A stretch of DNA of 32,000 nt from Crocosphaera subtropica ATCC 51142 (GCF_000017845.1 NC_010546.1:1410001-1442000); one strand, 5' to 3'. Positions 1 through 8,964 are shown, counted from the first letter of the stretch. Program-made: numbers and translations. The notes: generated by a model not told the origin, from the letters alone.

Positions 1-150
1 GTTAATGAAAGACAGTTACACATTTTTCGTCAACCCACTTCAGAAGGATATAAAAATTGCTTTATCTTAACAGAAGAAGAAGAGATTAATTTATCACACT
101 TTTCTCAGATTCGTTTATCAATTCAAGCTATGTTACCACCCAAAATCTAA
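1..150 (+). CDS. Uma2-family (DUF820) endonuclease, C-terminal fragment; the 5' end lies outside the window
   Basis: Frame 1 is open from base 1 to TAA at 148-150. The translation VNERQLHIFRQPTSEGYKNCFILTEEEEINLSHFSQIRLSIQAMLPPKI fits the usual Uma2 C-terminal pattern (v.vyR.P..g.Y ... l.l..f..l.l.v..l). It also resembles the tail of the pseudogene at 27184-27315. Confidence 0.55.
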   Translation, partial: VNERQLHIFRQPTSEGYKNCFILTEEEEINLSHFSQIRLSIQAMLPPKI

Positions 151-157
151 AGAAAAC

Positions 158-799
158 TTATGTTATTGTTTGCTTTACCCATTGTCTAAACTGTTTTAAA
201 GCTTTTGCGCTACCTATTGTTTGGGCTATTTTTAAAGTTTCTGGGATTTTTTGAATAAGATTAAATTGTGGAAATAGATAACTTTGATCTTTGATAATAT
301 ATCGACCACCTTGTAAAATATTAATCTCTAATCTTTGTCCATTATATCGCCATAGTTCAGGAACTCCTAACGCTTCATAATTATTAAATAAAGTACGATT
401 AGTTATATCAATTTCAATCGCTAAATCAGGAGGTGGATCGTTATCTAAATTGATTCTTTCTTTGCCTCGAATTTTTGTACAATTATCAATGTAAAAAGAC
501 TCATCAGGTTCACCCCCTTGATCCATTATTTGACTTTTGAAAGTTGTTGATCCGGCTGCTTCATAATCTAAGTTTAATTCATCCAGAAGAATTCTAATTA
601 AATCCCCTATTAAAACCTTAGTATTTTCATGAATAAATAAAGGGGTCATAATTTCTAAAGTACCCTGACTATAGGATAAACGAATACTTCGATGTTCTCC
701 TAATTCTTCTAAAATTTCCTCATAATCTTGCCATTTTAAGGCAGTTAATATTAAGCGATCGCCGGGAGGTATTTCTAATTGTTTTAAAGTCAATAACAT
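158..799 (-). CDS. Uma2-family (DUF820) putative restriction-endonuclease-like protein, full length
   Basis: 213-aa ORF with an ATG start. N-terminal pattern W.DYEEIL...RLSYSQGTLEIMTP, catalytic-core-like PPPDLAIEIDITN, and C-terminal GVPELWRY...RLEINIL. These are typical of the cyanobacterially expanded Uma2 family. Confidence 0.85.
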   Translation of the reverse strand: MLLTLKQLEIPPGDRLILTALKWQDYEEILEELGEHRSIRLSYSQGTLEIMTPLFIHENTKVLIGDLIRILLDELNLDYEAAGSTTFKSQIMDQGGEPDESFYIDNCTKIRGKERINLDNDPPPDLAIEIDITNRTLFNNYEALGVPELWRYNGQRLEINILQGGRYIIKDQSYLFPQFNLIQKIPETLKIAQTIGSAKALKQFRQWVKQTIT

Positions 800-932
800 G
801 ATTTTTTTATTTTATTCTAATAACCAATCAAATATATCTTTAACAGTAAGATTTATTTCTTTAGCAAAAGATGGCACAGGAAGTCTTAAATCTAGCTGAT
901 CAAATACCGCTGTTTCATTATTGCAACTAACT

Positions 933-2051
933 TTAATTAAACAGTTCTTTAACAGCCATTGCCACTTGTTGCATTTGTTCTTCTGTTAATGCTAACCCAC
1001 TAGGAATATAAAACCCTCGACGGGATAATCTTTCTGACACTGGACAAGAAACGTCTTTTAATAATCCCATTTTATGGAATACCGGCTGTTCGTGCATCCC
1101 CCAGAAAAAGGGACGAGTCCCTATGCTTTTCTTCCGTAACCGTTCCATTGCTTCTGCTGCATCAAAGGGAACTTCATCTTTTAAAACCATCCCATAAACC
1201 CAATAAATATTATCTGCATAATCGGTTTTAACTAAGGGTAATTCTAATTGAGGAATATCTGATAAGAGTTCAGTATAAATTGCCCCCATTTTGCGCTTTC
1301 GTTGCACAAATTCTGGTAATCTTTCTAATTGTGCTAACCCTACCGCAGCTTGTAAGTTTGTAAAGCGAAAATTCCAGCCTAATTCTTCATGAATAAATCG
1401 TCTTTGAGGTTGAAAACAAAGGTTTCGTAAGGAGCGACATTTTTCCGCTAAACTATCATCATCGGTGACAATCATTCCTCCTTCTCCTGTGGTAACGTGC
1501 TTGTTAGGATAGAAGCTGAAGGTACTAATATCCCCAAAACCACCGCAAGGTTGACCCCTGTAAGTTTGTCCGTGCATTTCTGCTGCATCTTCGATAATTT
1601 TTAAGCCATGTTTCTTGGCAATTTCTAACACAGGTTTCATATCAACTGGTAGGCCATATATATGCACCACCATAATCGCTTTTGTCTTGGGGGTAATTTT
1701 AGCTTCTATTTGATTAACATCCATATTCCAGGTAACGGGGTCACAGTCTACTACTATTGGAATACCTCCCGCCCTGACAATAGCTGCACCACAGGATATG
1801 ATAGTAAACGTGGGTAAAATGACTTCATCCCCTGCTTGGATGTTTAAAGCAACCACAGCAGCATCTAAAGCAACAGAACCATTACAGACAGTAATGGCGT
1901 GTTTTCTACCAACGGTTTGAGCAAATTCTGCTTCAAACTTTTTCACAAAAGGCCCTTCTGAAGAAATCCACCCCGTATCAATGCATTCGTTTAAATATTT
2001 TTTTTCATTACCATCGAGTAAAGGTTCATTAACAGGAATAAAGTCAGCCAT
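933..2051 (-). CDS. DegT/DnrJ/EryC1/StrS-family PLP-dependent sugar aminotransferase (ArnB/perosamine-synthase-like)
   Basis: 372 aa. N-terminal IPVNEPLLDGNEKKYLNECIDTGWISSEGPFVKKFE. PLP-lysine motif FSFYPNKHVTTGEGGM. Overall length is typical of the family. Confidence 0.9.
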   Translation of the reverse strand: MADFIPVNEPLLDGNEKKYLNECIDTGWISSEGPFVKKFEAEFAQTVGRKHAITVCNGSVALDAAVVALNIQAGDEVILPTFTIISCGAAIVRAGGIPIVVDCDPVTWNMDVNQIEAKITPKTKAIMVVHIYGLPVDMKPVLEIAKKHGLKIIEDAAEMHGQTYRGQPCGGFGDISTFSFYPNKHVTTGEGGMIVTDDDSLAEKCRSLRNLCFQPQRRFIHEELGWNFRFTNLQAAVGLAQLERLPEFVQRKRKMGAIYTELLSDIPQLELPLVKTDYADNIYWVYGMVLKDEVPFDAAEAMERLRKKSIGTRPFFWGMHEQPVFHKMGLLKDVSCPVSERLSRRGFYIPSGLALTEEQMQQVAMAVKELFN

Positions 2052-2098
2052 AATAATTACATTTTTAAAATGAATCGTGATTGATTTAATTGCAATTT

Positions 2099-2554
2099 TT
2101 ATTTTACGTCGGCTTCACTTCCATCAATACCTGAAAAGCGAACTTTATCATTATCTCCCACATAAGGACCCTGTTTGACTTCAATCATTTCTAATTCTTC
2201 TAATACTTCAAATCCATGACCCCCTTTAATTAATAAAATAACATCCCCTGATTTTAAAATACGGCTTTCTAAATAATCTCGATCGTCATTATAAAAATCA
2301 ACCCGAAGTTTTCCCCTTTTAATTAATAAGACTTCTTGGGTATAAAAAACTTCTCTACGAACCTGTTTATGAATGTGAGGTTGAATGATTTTCCCTTCAG
2401 GATGTCTCATATAAGCAAGTTGCTGAGAGAAACTATCAGGGGTGAAAAAATGAATTCCTGGTTGACGAAACTCAGAAGGAAGAATAATGGCTAATACTTG
2501 ACCATTATAAGTGATTTCTTCGATCATGGTTTGAGTATTGGTTTGTTGAATCAT
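2099..2554 (-). CDS. Small cupin-fold protein of polysaccharide loci (WbuC/WxcM-like; exact activity unknown)
   Basis: 151 aa with His-containing beta-barrel motifs (IIQPHIHKQ ... GDVILLIKGGHGFEV). It lies 47 nt upstream of the aminotransferase on the same strand. It lacks the RGxHAH signature of FdtA-type isomerases, so only the fold is called. Confidence 0.55.
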   Translation of the reverse strand: MIQQTNTQTMIEEITYNGQVLAIILPSEFRQPGIHFFTPDSFSQQLAYMRHPEGKIIQPHIHKQVRREVFYTQEVLLIKRGKLRVDFYNDDRDYLESRILKSGDVILLIKGGHGFEVLEELEMIEVKQGPYVGDNDKVRFSGIDGSEADVK

Positions 2555-2644
2555 GATATTAAGTTTAAAAAGGGAAAAACTTGGTTCTATTGTAAATTGT
2601 ATCAGCTTGTTTGGTTAATGTCGAATTCAACCATAAACCTTGTC

Positions 2645-4474
2645 TTAGTTAACTGAATTTCTAGAGATCAGTTTTCCTTCGTACATCGCATATTTTCCTT
2701 TATCTCCTAAAGAATTAAATATGACTTGAAAACTAGCGTTATCATTATCTTCTTTTGTAAATACTTTAGAGGTCAAATCGGGAATTTCACACTTACGGTA
2801 AGGATAACAAACATAGATAAACTCTGATTTATTATTCTTGATTAAAGTTTGACCTAATTTAACTAAATTTTCAGGTTTATCAACCCGAAAAAATAGTTTA
2901 TCCTTTCTCAAAGGAGATTCTAATAGTTGGGCTGCATATTGATGAGAAACCACCACAACTTGACGAGGATCATTCCCCAAAAATTCAATGGCTTCAGTAA
3001 CTCCCCGATGGGTTTTCTGGAAAAAATCAGTCCCTAGATATATGTTCTTGTATAATCCAATCATCAGGAAGATTGAAAATAAGAAAATTGTGTAATATTT
3101 AATCAAGTATTGCGATGTTTGTAAAAACAACTTTAATTGTTTAACAATCATAATTGAGAAAAAAGGAAGTAAAATTAATAAATATCTTTGTCCCCATTGT
3201 TTTCCACCAACAGCAATTTCATCGGAACCCGAATCCACTAATAAAGCGACTCCAGTAGTAAATAATAAGCTCATCACATAAATGAAAGCCATTCTTTGGT
3301 TAATCTTAATGTCTTCTTTTTTACTGAGAAATAACCAAATTGCTGATAATATAACTAAAATTCCGTAGGTTTTAACAAAAAGCTTAATTTCTGTCAATCC
3401 ATGAGTATTAACCCAATAGACACTGGTGATTAAAGAAAAAATAATTAAAGTAATGAAAATTATTCGTGGTATTTTTTCCTGAAAGCTTTTGGTAATGAGA
3501 AATAACAATAGATAGAGTAAGGAAAAACAGGCAACAGGAAAATACTCGAAAAACGTTACAATAATCTCTAAAAAGCTCTCCCAAGCTTCCGTTAAACGTC
3601 TTATTATAGAAAATTCTTCAACAATTTGTAAGGCATGAATTCCTAAAAAATGACCGTAAATTAACTTATTACTAATAAAAAATAAACCAACAGTAGCATA
3701 CATTGTTAAAATAAAAATCCATCCTTTATCCCCTAAATACAACAGGTTATCTAATTTCATTTTCTTGGCCAGATTAAATTCTCTATCTGACTGAAAATTA
3801 GATGATAGTCGTACAATTGTCATGATTCCTACTAGAAATGTTAAAGTAGCAATCATGGCTAAAAATTCTGAACGTATCCAAGCAGATAAACCAACAAAAA
3901 ACCCACTTAAAATTGCTTCTTTTATGGTTACTGATTCCCTAGGGACTAATAAAATAATCATGCCGATTAAACAAAAGAGAACAGCTAAAGTATGTTCCCA
4001 ATACATTCCACTGTATAAAGTTAAATTAGAAGCAAAAACCAAAAGAAATACCGCTAAACCTTGCTGAAACGGACTTAACTTTAAATAATAACAATAAACA
4101 TTGAAACTAATCCAAATTAACCAAGTAGAAACTAAAGGAATCACATATAAACCCCATTCACCAAATAAGGCATAAAAAGGGGCAGTCATTAAAGAAAATG
4201 GATAAGGAAAGGTAATGTAATAACGATCATTCAAATAGTAAACAAAAGGTTCTTCATAGGGATATAATCCATCCTGCCACAGTTGACGAACCCACTCAAC
4301 ATCAGGCTTAACTAAATCAATGCGAAAAATTCCCTCACTTAATTGTTGTGCTAATAAAGCTTTAAGACCACCGTCACCACTAAAATAAACCCCTTCCGGA
4401 ACTTGTCCCAGTAAATACAAAGAAAAAAGGACACCAGCACCTATAATAAACCAAGATAATCCATATCTAATCAT
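2645..4474 (-). CDS. Polytopic membrane protein, GT-C-type glycosyltransferase-like (ArnT/PMT-like architecture)
   Basis: 609 aa with more than 10 predicted hydrophobic helices, followed by a roughly 130-aa soluble C-terminal domain. It is the first gene of a co-directional trio with the cupin and aminotransferase genes. The family assignment rests on architecture and context only. Confidence 0.5.
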   Translation of the reverse strand: MIRYGLSWFIIGAGVLFSLYLLGQVPEGVYFSGDGGLKALLAQQLSEGIFRIDLVKPDVEWVRQLWQDGLYPYEEPFVYYLNDRYYITFPYPFSLMTAPFYALFGEWGLYVIPLVSTWLIWISFNVYCYYLKLSPFQQGLAVFLLVFASNLTLYSGMYWEHTLAVLFCLIGMIILLVPRESVTIKEAILSGFFVGLSAWIRSEFLAMIATLTFLVGIMTIVRLSSNFQSDREFNLAKKMKLDNLLYLGDKGWIFILTMYATVGLFFISNKLIYGHFLGIHALQIVEEFSIIRRLTEAWESFLEIIVTFFEYFPVACFSLLYLLLFLITKSFQEKIPRIIFITLIIFSLITSVYWVNTHGLTEIKLFVKTYGILVILSAIWLFLSKKEDIKINQRMAFIYVMSLLFTTGVALLVDSGSDEIAVGGKQWGQRYLLILLPFFSIMIVKQLKLFLQTSQYLIKYYTIFLFSIFLMIGLYKNIYLGTDFFQKTHRGVTEAIEFLGNDPRQVVVVSHQYAAQLLESPLRKDKLFFRVDKPENLVKLGQTLIKNNKSEFIYVCYPYRKCEIPDLTSKVFTKEDNDNASFQVIFNSLGDKGKYAMYEGKLISRNSVN

Positions 4475-4533
4475 TTTTATTAAACGGCTTTTATTAGCTA
4501 AACTGAGACAATGTTATACCATGTTAAAGGATT

Positions 4534-5472
4534 ATGCAGAAACTTTTGAGGTTAGCTCCTTGGGCGATCGCAGCAACCGCAGCCTGGTCATTGGGCTTTG
4601 TCTATAATGTCTATTATGGTGGTGAATTAAGCTTCTTACGGGGGATGTATTTTGAAAAAATGTCTCTAGCAGCAGAGGTTAAAGCGTCTCCTCGCTTATT
4701 AATTTTAGGCGGGTCAGGGGCCCATCATTCCATTGATTCTGAGGTTTTATCGCAAAAATTAGGTATACCTGTCCTCAACATGGGATTAGATGGCCCTGTA
4801 GGTTTAAATGTGATTTTACCGAGTATTCTTAAAGCTGTGCGTCCTGGCGATATTGTATTATTAATCCCCGAAGATTTGATATTACTGGATAAAGATGGCT
4901 TATTAGAACGTTCGGCCCCTTTTGGTATTGCCACCGGACGACCGGGACTGGGTGGAGTTCCTCCTCAACAGTTAGTGGAAACTATCTGGATGCAGGGAGT
5001 TCCGAGTCTGAGGGCTATCACAAAATCAACGGTTGACCTAGTTCAACAAGGCCGTTTTACAGGATACTATTCCGACCCATTAACCGAAAGAGGTGATCCC
5101 ACCACGGTAAAATATCGCGAAGGAAAATGGTGGCAATGGAAAATTCATAACTCTATTTCTCCCCATGCTGTTAAACGGATTAAACAGTTTCGTCAAGAAG
5201 TTGAAGCCAAAGATGCTAGTTTAATCCTATCTTTGCCTTGGGTTTATGCCAGTAAAGATGAAAAAACCTTATCAAATATGGAGGACATAACGAAAAAATT
5301 AAGCAACATTGCTCCCCTTGTTTATGATAAAAATGATTACAATCTAAAAACTGATTCTAGTCTCTTTGCTGATACCCATCATCACCTCGTTTTTGAAGCT
5401 AGAAAACTGAGATCAGAACAATTAGCCGAACAATTAAAACCTGTTATCAATAGAGTAACCAGCGACCAGTGA
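4534..5472 (+). CDS. Membrane-anchored hypothetical protein with SGNH/AlgX-DltD-like motifs (possible glycan O-acyltransferase or esterase)
   Basis: 312 aa. N-terminal hydrophobic anchor (APWAIAATAAWSLGFVY). Block-I-like LLILGGSGAHHSID. C-terminal FADTHHHL resembles the DxxH/DTHW catalytic block of SGNH-like acyltransferases. ATG start at 4534. Confidence 0.4.
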   Translation: MQKLLRLAPWAIAATAAWSLGFVYNVYYGGELSFLRGMYFEKMSLAAEVKASPRLLILGGSGAHHSIDSEVLSQKLGIPVLNMGLDGPVGLNVILPSILKAVRPGDIVLLIPEDLILLDKDGLLERSAPFGIATGRPGLGGVPPQQLVETIWMQGVPSLRAITKSTVDLVQQGRFTGYYSDPLTERGDPTTVKYREGKWWQWKIHNSISPHAVKRIKQFRQEVEAKDASLILSLPWVYASKDEKTLSNMEDITKKLSNIAPLVYDKNDYNLKTDSSLFADTHHHLVFEARKLRSEQLAEQLKPVINRVTSDQ

Positions 5473-5485
5473 CCAGTTAAGAGTT
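5458..5485. repeat. Heptamer tandem repeat (ACCAGNN x3-4; STRR-like) spanning the stop codon of the 4534-5472 gene
   Basis: accagcg accagtg accagtt aagagtt read directly. The last codons (T-S-D-Q-stop) are encoded by the repeat. Confidence 0.85.
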
Positions 5486-5549
5486 AGTATATAAAAATAT
5501 AAAAAATAATTTTGCAATTCTCACTTTATAACAACAGTTAATAACCGAT

Positions 5550-7448
5550 ATGAATCAAGAAAAGCTATCAAAATTAACTAATATTTTTGGCTTAGATTTG
5601 CGATCGCTTGCTATTTTTAGGATCGGTTTAGCGTTGGTGGTAATGGCTGATTTATTCAGTCGATTTAGGTCAGTTTCTGCTCACTATACGGATCAAGGGG
5701 TACTACCAAGACAAGTGTTACACCCTAATCTTTTTGCTTCTTTTATCGCCTTTAAATCAGCTAATAATTCTTTACTTCATCCTTGGTATTGGTCTTTCAA
5801 TTTACTCAATGGTAGTTTATTATTTCAAGTTTTTTTATTTATAATTGCTTTTATTATTTGTTTATTCTTATTAGTTGGTTATCGTACGAGATTAGCTGTT
5901 ATTGCTGTTTGGGCGTTAAATATTTCTTTACAAAATCGTAATCCTGCTTTGATTTTTGCAGGGGATGATGTTTTAAGGGCGATGCTTTTTTGGTCGATGT
6001 TTTTACCATTAGGTTGCGCTTATTCCATTGACAGTGCCTTAAATTCTAACCCGAAACCTTTGCCAAAAAGGGTTATGAATGCAGCAACTGTGGCCTTTAT
6101 GGTACAACTAATATTTATTTATACTTGGTCAGCAGCTTACAAAACAAAAAGTGAATTATGGTGGCCCAATGGCGATGCGGTTTATTATTCCCTACATTTT
6201 GATCAATATGCCACAGAATTTGGCCATTTTTTATTAGGATTTCCTATTCCTATTTTACAAATACTCACCTTTGGGGCGTTAATTTTCGAATGGATTGGAC
6301 CGTTTTTAATTTTTATTCCCTTTCGTACTAGCTTCTTTCGTTGTGTTGCTATTATTTCTTTTATTCTCTTACATATTGGTTTTGAATTATGTTTTGCTAT
6401 TGGGGTTTTAAGTTATCTAAGTATTATTAATTGGTTAGCATTATTGCCCACAGAAGTGTGGGATCAAGCTCAAGAAAAAATTAACATTCAATCTAGAAAA
6501 GGTTTAACGATTTACTATGATAAAGACTGTGGTTTTTGTAAGAAAGTCGTTCATGGAATTCGCACGTTATTAATCTTACCAGGTACTCCCTTATTAATGG
6601 CACAAGATCATCAATCCATCTATGAAGATATGTTAGAAAAAAATTCTTGGGTTGTGGTAGATTGGCAAGATAATCGTCATTATAAATTTGAAGCGATCGC
6701 TTATGTGGTGAGTCTCTCCCCTATTCTTTCTTTCTTACAACCTTTATTACGTTGGAAACCAGTGATGAAGGGAGGAACAAAGTTCTATGAAATGATTGCT
6801 TCTAACCGAAAAGTGGCTGGTAACTTTACCAAACCTTTTAAGTTTCGTCCTTTAAGCATTAATTCTTCTTTACCGTTTAATCTCACGGTATTAGTATTAT
6901 TGTTATTAACAACTATGTGGAATCTAAAAGGGTTTGTTGATCAAACAGTGGCCCGTAATAAAGAATATCGTGACAATAATAAAAAAGATTGGATTTTATT
7001 TACCCGTAATTTTTTAAGTCGTCGTACCTTTCAATATATTGATATTATTGGTTATCTCACCCGTTTAGATCAATCTTGGAGTATTTTTGCCCCTGCACCC
7101 CCAAGGGATGATGGTTGGCACGTTATTATTGGAACATTAAAGAACGGAAAAACTGTCAATCTTTTGGATAAAAATAGTCCGCTTCGTTGGGAAAAACCCA
7201 CTTTGAGACAACGGCGACAACTCTATCAAACCATTCAATGGCGAGTCTATTATATTAATCTGAATCGTGCTATTGGACAAAAACTTTATCCTTATTTTGT
7301 CGACTATTTAATTCGAGAATGGAATAGTCAACATTCTCCTGATCAACAGTTAGAAAGTCTAGAAATTTACTTTATAGAAGAACGAACCGTTCCTCCTGGA
7401 CAACAACAACCCCTTAATAAGAAAAAAGTCTGGCCAAAATCGTTGTAA
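5550..7448 (+). CDS. HTTM (vitamin K-dependent gamma-carboxylase-like) membrane domain fused to a DCC-family (DUF393) CxxC thiol-disulfide oxidoreductase, plus a C-terminal TM helix and extra domain
   Basis: 632 aa. HTTM-type N-terminus FGLDLRSLAIFRIGLALVVMADLFSRF...YTDQGVLP, followed by multiple TM helices (about aa 12-305). DCC motif IYYDKDCGFCKKVVHGIR (Cys327/Cys330, nt 6528-6539). Another TM helix at about aa 441-457. C-terminal domain with DQSWSIFAPAPPRDDGWHVIIGTLKNGKTVNLL. Confidence 0.75.
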   Translation: MNQEKLSKLTNIFGLDLRSLAIFRIGLALVVMADLFSRFRSVSAHYTDQGVLPRQVLHPNLFASFIAFKSANNSLLHPWYWSFNLLNGSLLFQVFLFIIAFIICLFLLVGYRTRLAVIAVWALNISLQNRNPALIFAGDDVLRAMLFWSMFLPLGCAYSIDSALNSNPKPLPKRVMNAATVAFMVQLIFIYTWSAAYKTKSELWWPNGDAVYYSLHFDQYATEFGHFLLGFPIPILQILTFGALIFEWIGPFLIFIPFRTSFFRCVAIISFILLHIGFELCFAIGVLSYLSIINWLALLPTEVWDQAQEKINIQSRKGLTIYYDKDCGFCKKVVHGIRTLLILPGTPLLMAQDHQSIYEDMLEKNSWVVVDWQDNRHYKFEAIAYVVSLSPILSFLQPLLRWKPVMKGGTKFYEMIASNRKVAGNFTKPFKFRPLSINSSLPFNLTVLVLLLLTTMWNLKGFVDQTVARNKEYRDNNKKDWILFTRNFLSRRTFQYIDIIGYLTRLDQSWSIFAPAPPRDDGWHVIIGTLKNGKTVNLLDKNSPLRWEKPTLRQRRQLYQTIQWRVYYINLNRAIGQKLYPYFVDYLIREWNSQHSPDQQLESLEIYFIEERTVPPGQQQPLNKKKVWPKSL

Positions 7449-7509
7449 TCTGAAATCTTGCACCAGAACAAATAAACTAACCAATGTTATCGAAGGTGCA
7501 GGATATGAG

Positions 7510-8964
7510 TTAGATAATTTGTGGACGAAACTCAGAAACCGAAAAACGATTTCTTCCCATATCTTTAGCTTGATACAGTGCTTTATCCGCAGCTTTAATT
7601 AACTTTTGAGGTGAAACTTGTGGCGTGGGTATAGTGGTAGCAACTCCCAGACTCAAGGTAACATAAGAACTACACTTAGAACAATAGTGAGGTATCTCTA
7701 AAGCTTCGATGGCATTACAGAGTTCTTGCGCTACCTTTTCGGCTCCTAAGCGGTTGGTATTAGACAGAATAATGACAAATTCTTCCCCTCCAAACCGTGC
7801 CACTAAATCTGCCGGTCTTTTGACTAAATTTTTGAGACATTGAGCAACTTTATATAAACATTTATCTCCCGCTTGATGGTAATAATAATCATTATAAAGT
7901 TTAAAATAATCAACATCACAGACAATCAAAGAGATAAACTTTCTTTCCCTTGCTAATCTTCGCCATTCTCTCCTCAAATATTCATTAAAGTAACGTCGGT
8001 TATAAACTTGAGTCAGTTCATCTATTGTGGCTAAATGTTTTAATTTTTCGGTGGCTTTCTCTAACTCTTGATTGGAGGTTGCTAAGGCATTATTAGCCTC
8101 TTCTAATGCTTCAGTCCGTTCAACCACTTTTTGTTCTAAGGTCTGGGAATATTCGATAAGTTGATTATAGTATTGGGTACTTTGAATAGCAATAGCAGCT
8201 TGAGAGGTAAGGGCGGTAAATAATTTCAATTGTTCACTGGTATATTTAATCAATTCATTATGAGTAACTTTAATCACTCCAATGGTTTTATTTTGTACTT
8301 TTAACGGCGCACAAATTAGGGATTGAATATTAGGATCTTGAGGAATATATCGAGAGTCTTTGCGAACATTATTAACAATTTCTGCTTTTCCAGAACGTAA
8401 TACATAACCAGTAATACTTTCAATACTGCCTTGTCTTTTATTTAACTTTTTGTCTCGATAATAAAAAATATCTAGCTCTCCTTTTTGGGTTAATAATATA
8501 ACAGAAATTTGAGAATTTGTGAGAAATTTATTAGTTTCATCGGTAATAACTTCCATGATTTCTTCAAAACTTAAACATCTTGAAAGTTTATGAGAGATAT
8601 CTGATAAAAAGTTTATTTCTTCATATTTTTCTAATGTATCAGCAGCCAATAATTTTTTTTCAAATTCTTCGTTAACAATATAATTTAACATTTGAGAAAC
8701 TACGTCAATTGCATTGGTTTCTCCATTAACTTTTCCTAAAATTTGCTGATTGACCAAAATAGGATAATGATGATTAAAGCTATTATTAAAATTTCCCCAA
8801 AGTATATTTTCTTGGGTATCGCTAATAAAAAATGAGATATTAAATGTCTTCGTAAAATTTTCTAATAACGAATTAAGCTTAGGTTTATTCAGTAACTTTT
8901 TTAATTTAACCTGAATCATGATGAGGTTAAGGAACAAGGTTAGGTTATTCCCATTATACTTCAT
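7510..8964 (-). CDS. GAF-domain diguanylate cyclase (GGDEF; active-site GGEEF with RxxD I-site)
   Basis: The track ORF begins at a TTG (8967). The first ATG is at 8964, which overlaps the upstream receiver gene by 11 nt. The order is an N-terminal domain of unknown function (about 110 aa), a GAF region, a coiled coil (EALEEANNALATSNQELEKATEKLKHLA) and a GGDEF domain. That domain has DELTQVYNRRYF, DVDYFKLYND and KRPADLVARFGGEEF, with RxxD five residues before GGEEF. Confidence 0.9.
   Translation of the reverse strand: MKYNGNNLTLFLNLIMIQVKLKKLLNKPKLNSLLENFTKTFNISFFISDTQENILWGNFNNSFNHHYPILVNQQILGKVNGETNAIDVVSQMLNYIVNEEFEKKLLAADTLEKYEEINFLSDISHKLSRCLSFEEIMEVITDETNKFLTNSQISVILLTQKGELDIFYYRDKKLNKRQGSIESITGYVLRSGKAEIVNNVRKDSRYIPQDPNIQSLICAPLKVQNKTIGVIKVTHNELIKYTSEQLKLFTALTSQAAIAIQSTQYYNQLIEYSQTLEQKVVERTEALEEANNALATSNQELEKATEKLKHLATIDELTQVYNRRYFNEYLRREWRRLARERKFISLIVCDVDYFKLYNDYYYHQAGDKCLYKVAQCLKNLVKRPADLVARFGGEEFVIILSNTNRLGAEKVAQELCNAIEALEIPHYCSKCSSYVTLSLGVATTIPTPQVSPQKLIKAADKALYQAKDMGRNRFSVSEFRPQII

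Noticed and set aside
3822-4934. Track ORFs 3822-4067 (+) and 4725-4934 (-)
   Set aside because: Both lie entirely antisense to much longer, family-recognisable genes (the GT-C-like and SGNH-like proteins). Their translations are low-complexity with no motifs, so they are most likely shadow ORFs.
7449-7509. Bidirectional terminator between the convergent HTTM-DCC and GGDEF genes (tgcacc ... ggtgca)
   Set aside because: The stem is 6 bp and the loop is about 30 nt, with no U-tract. This is not supportable.
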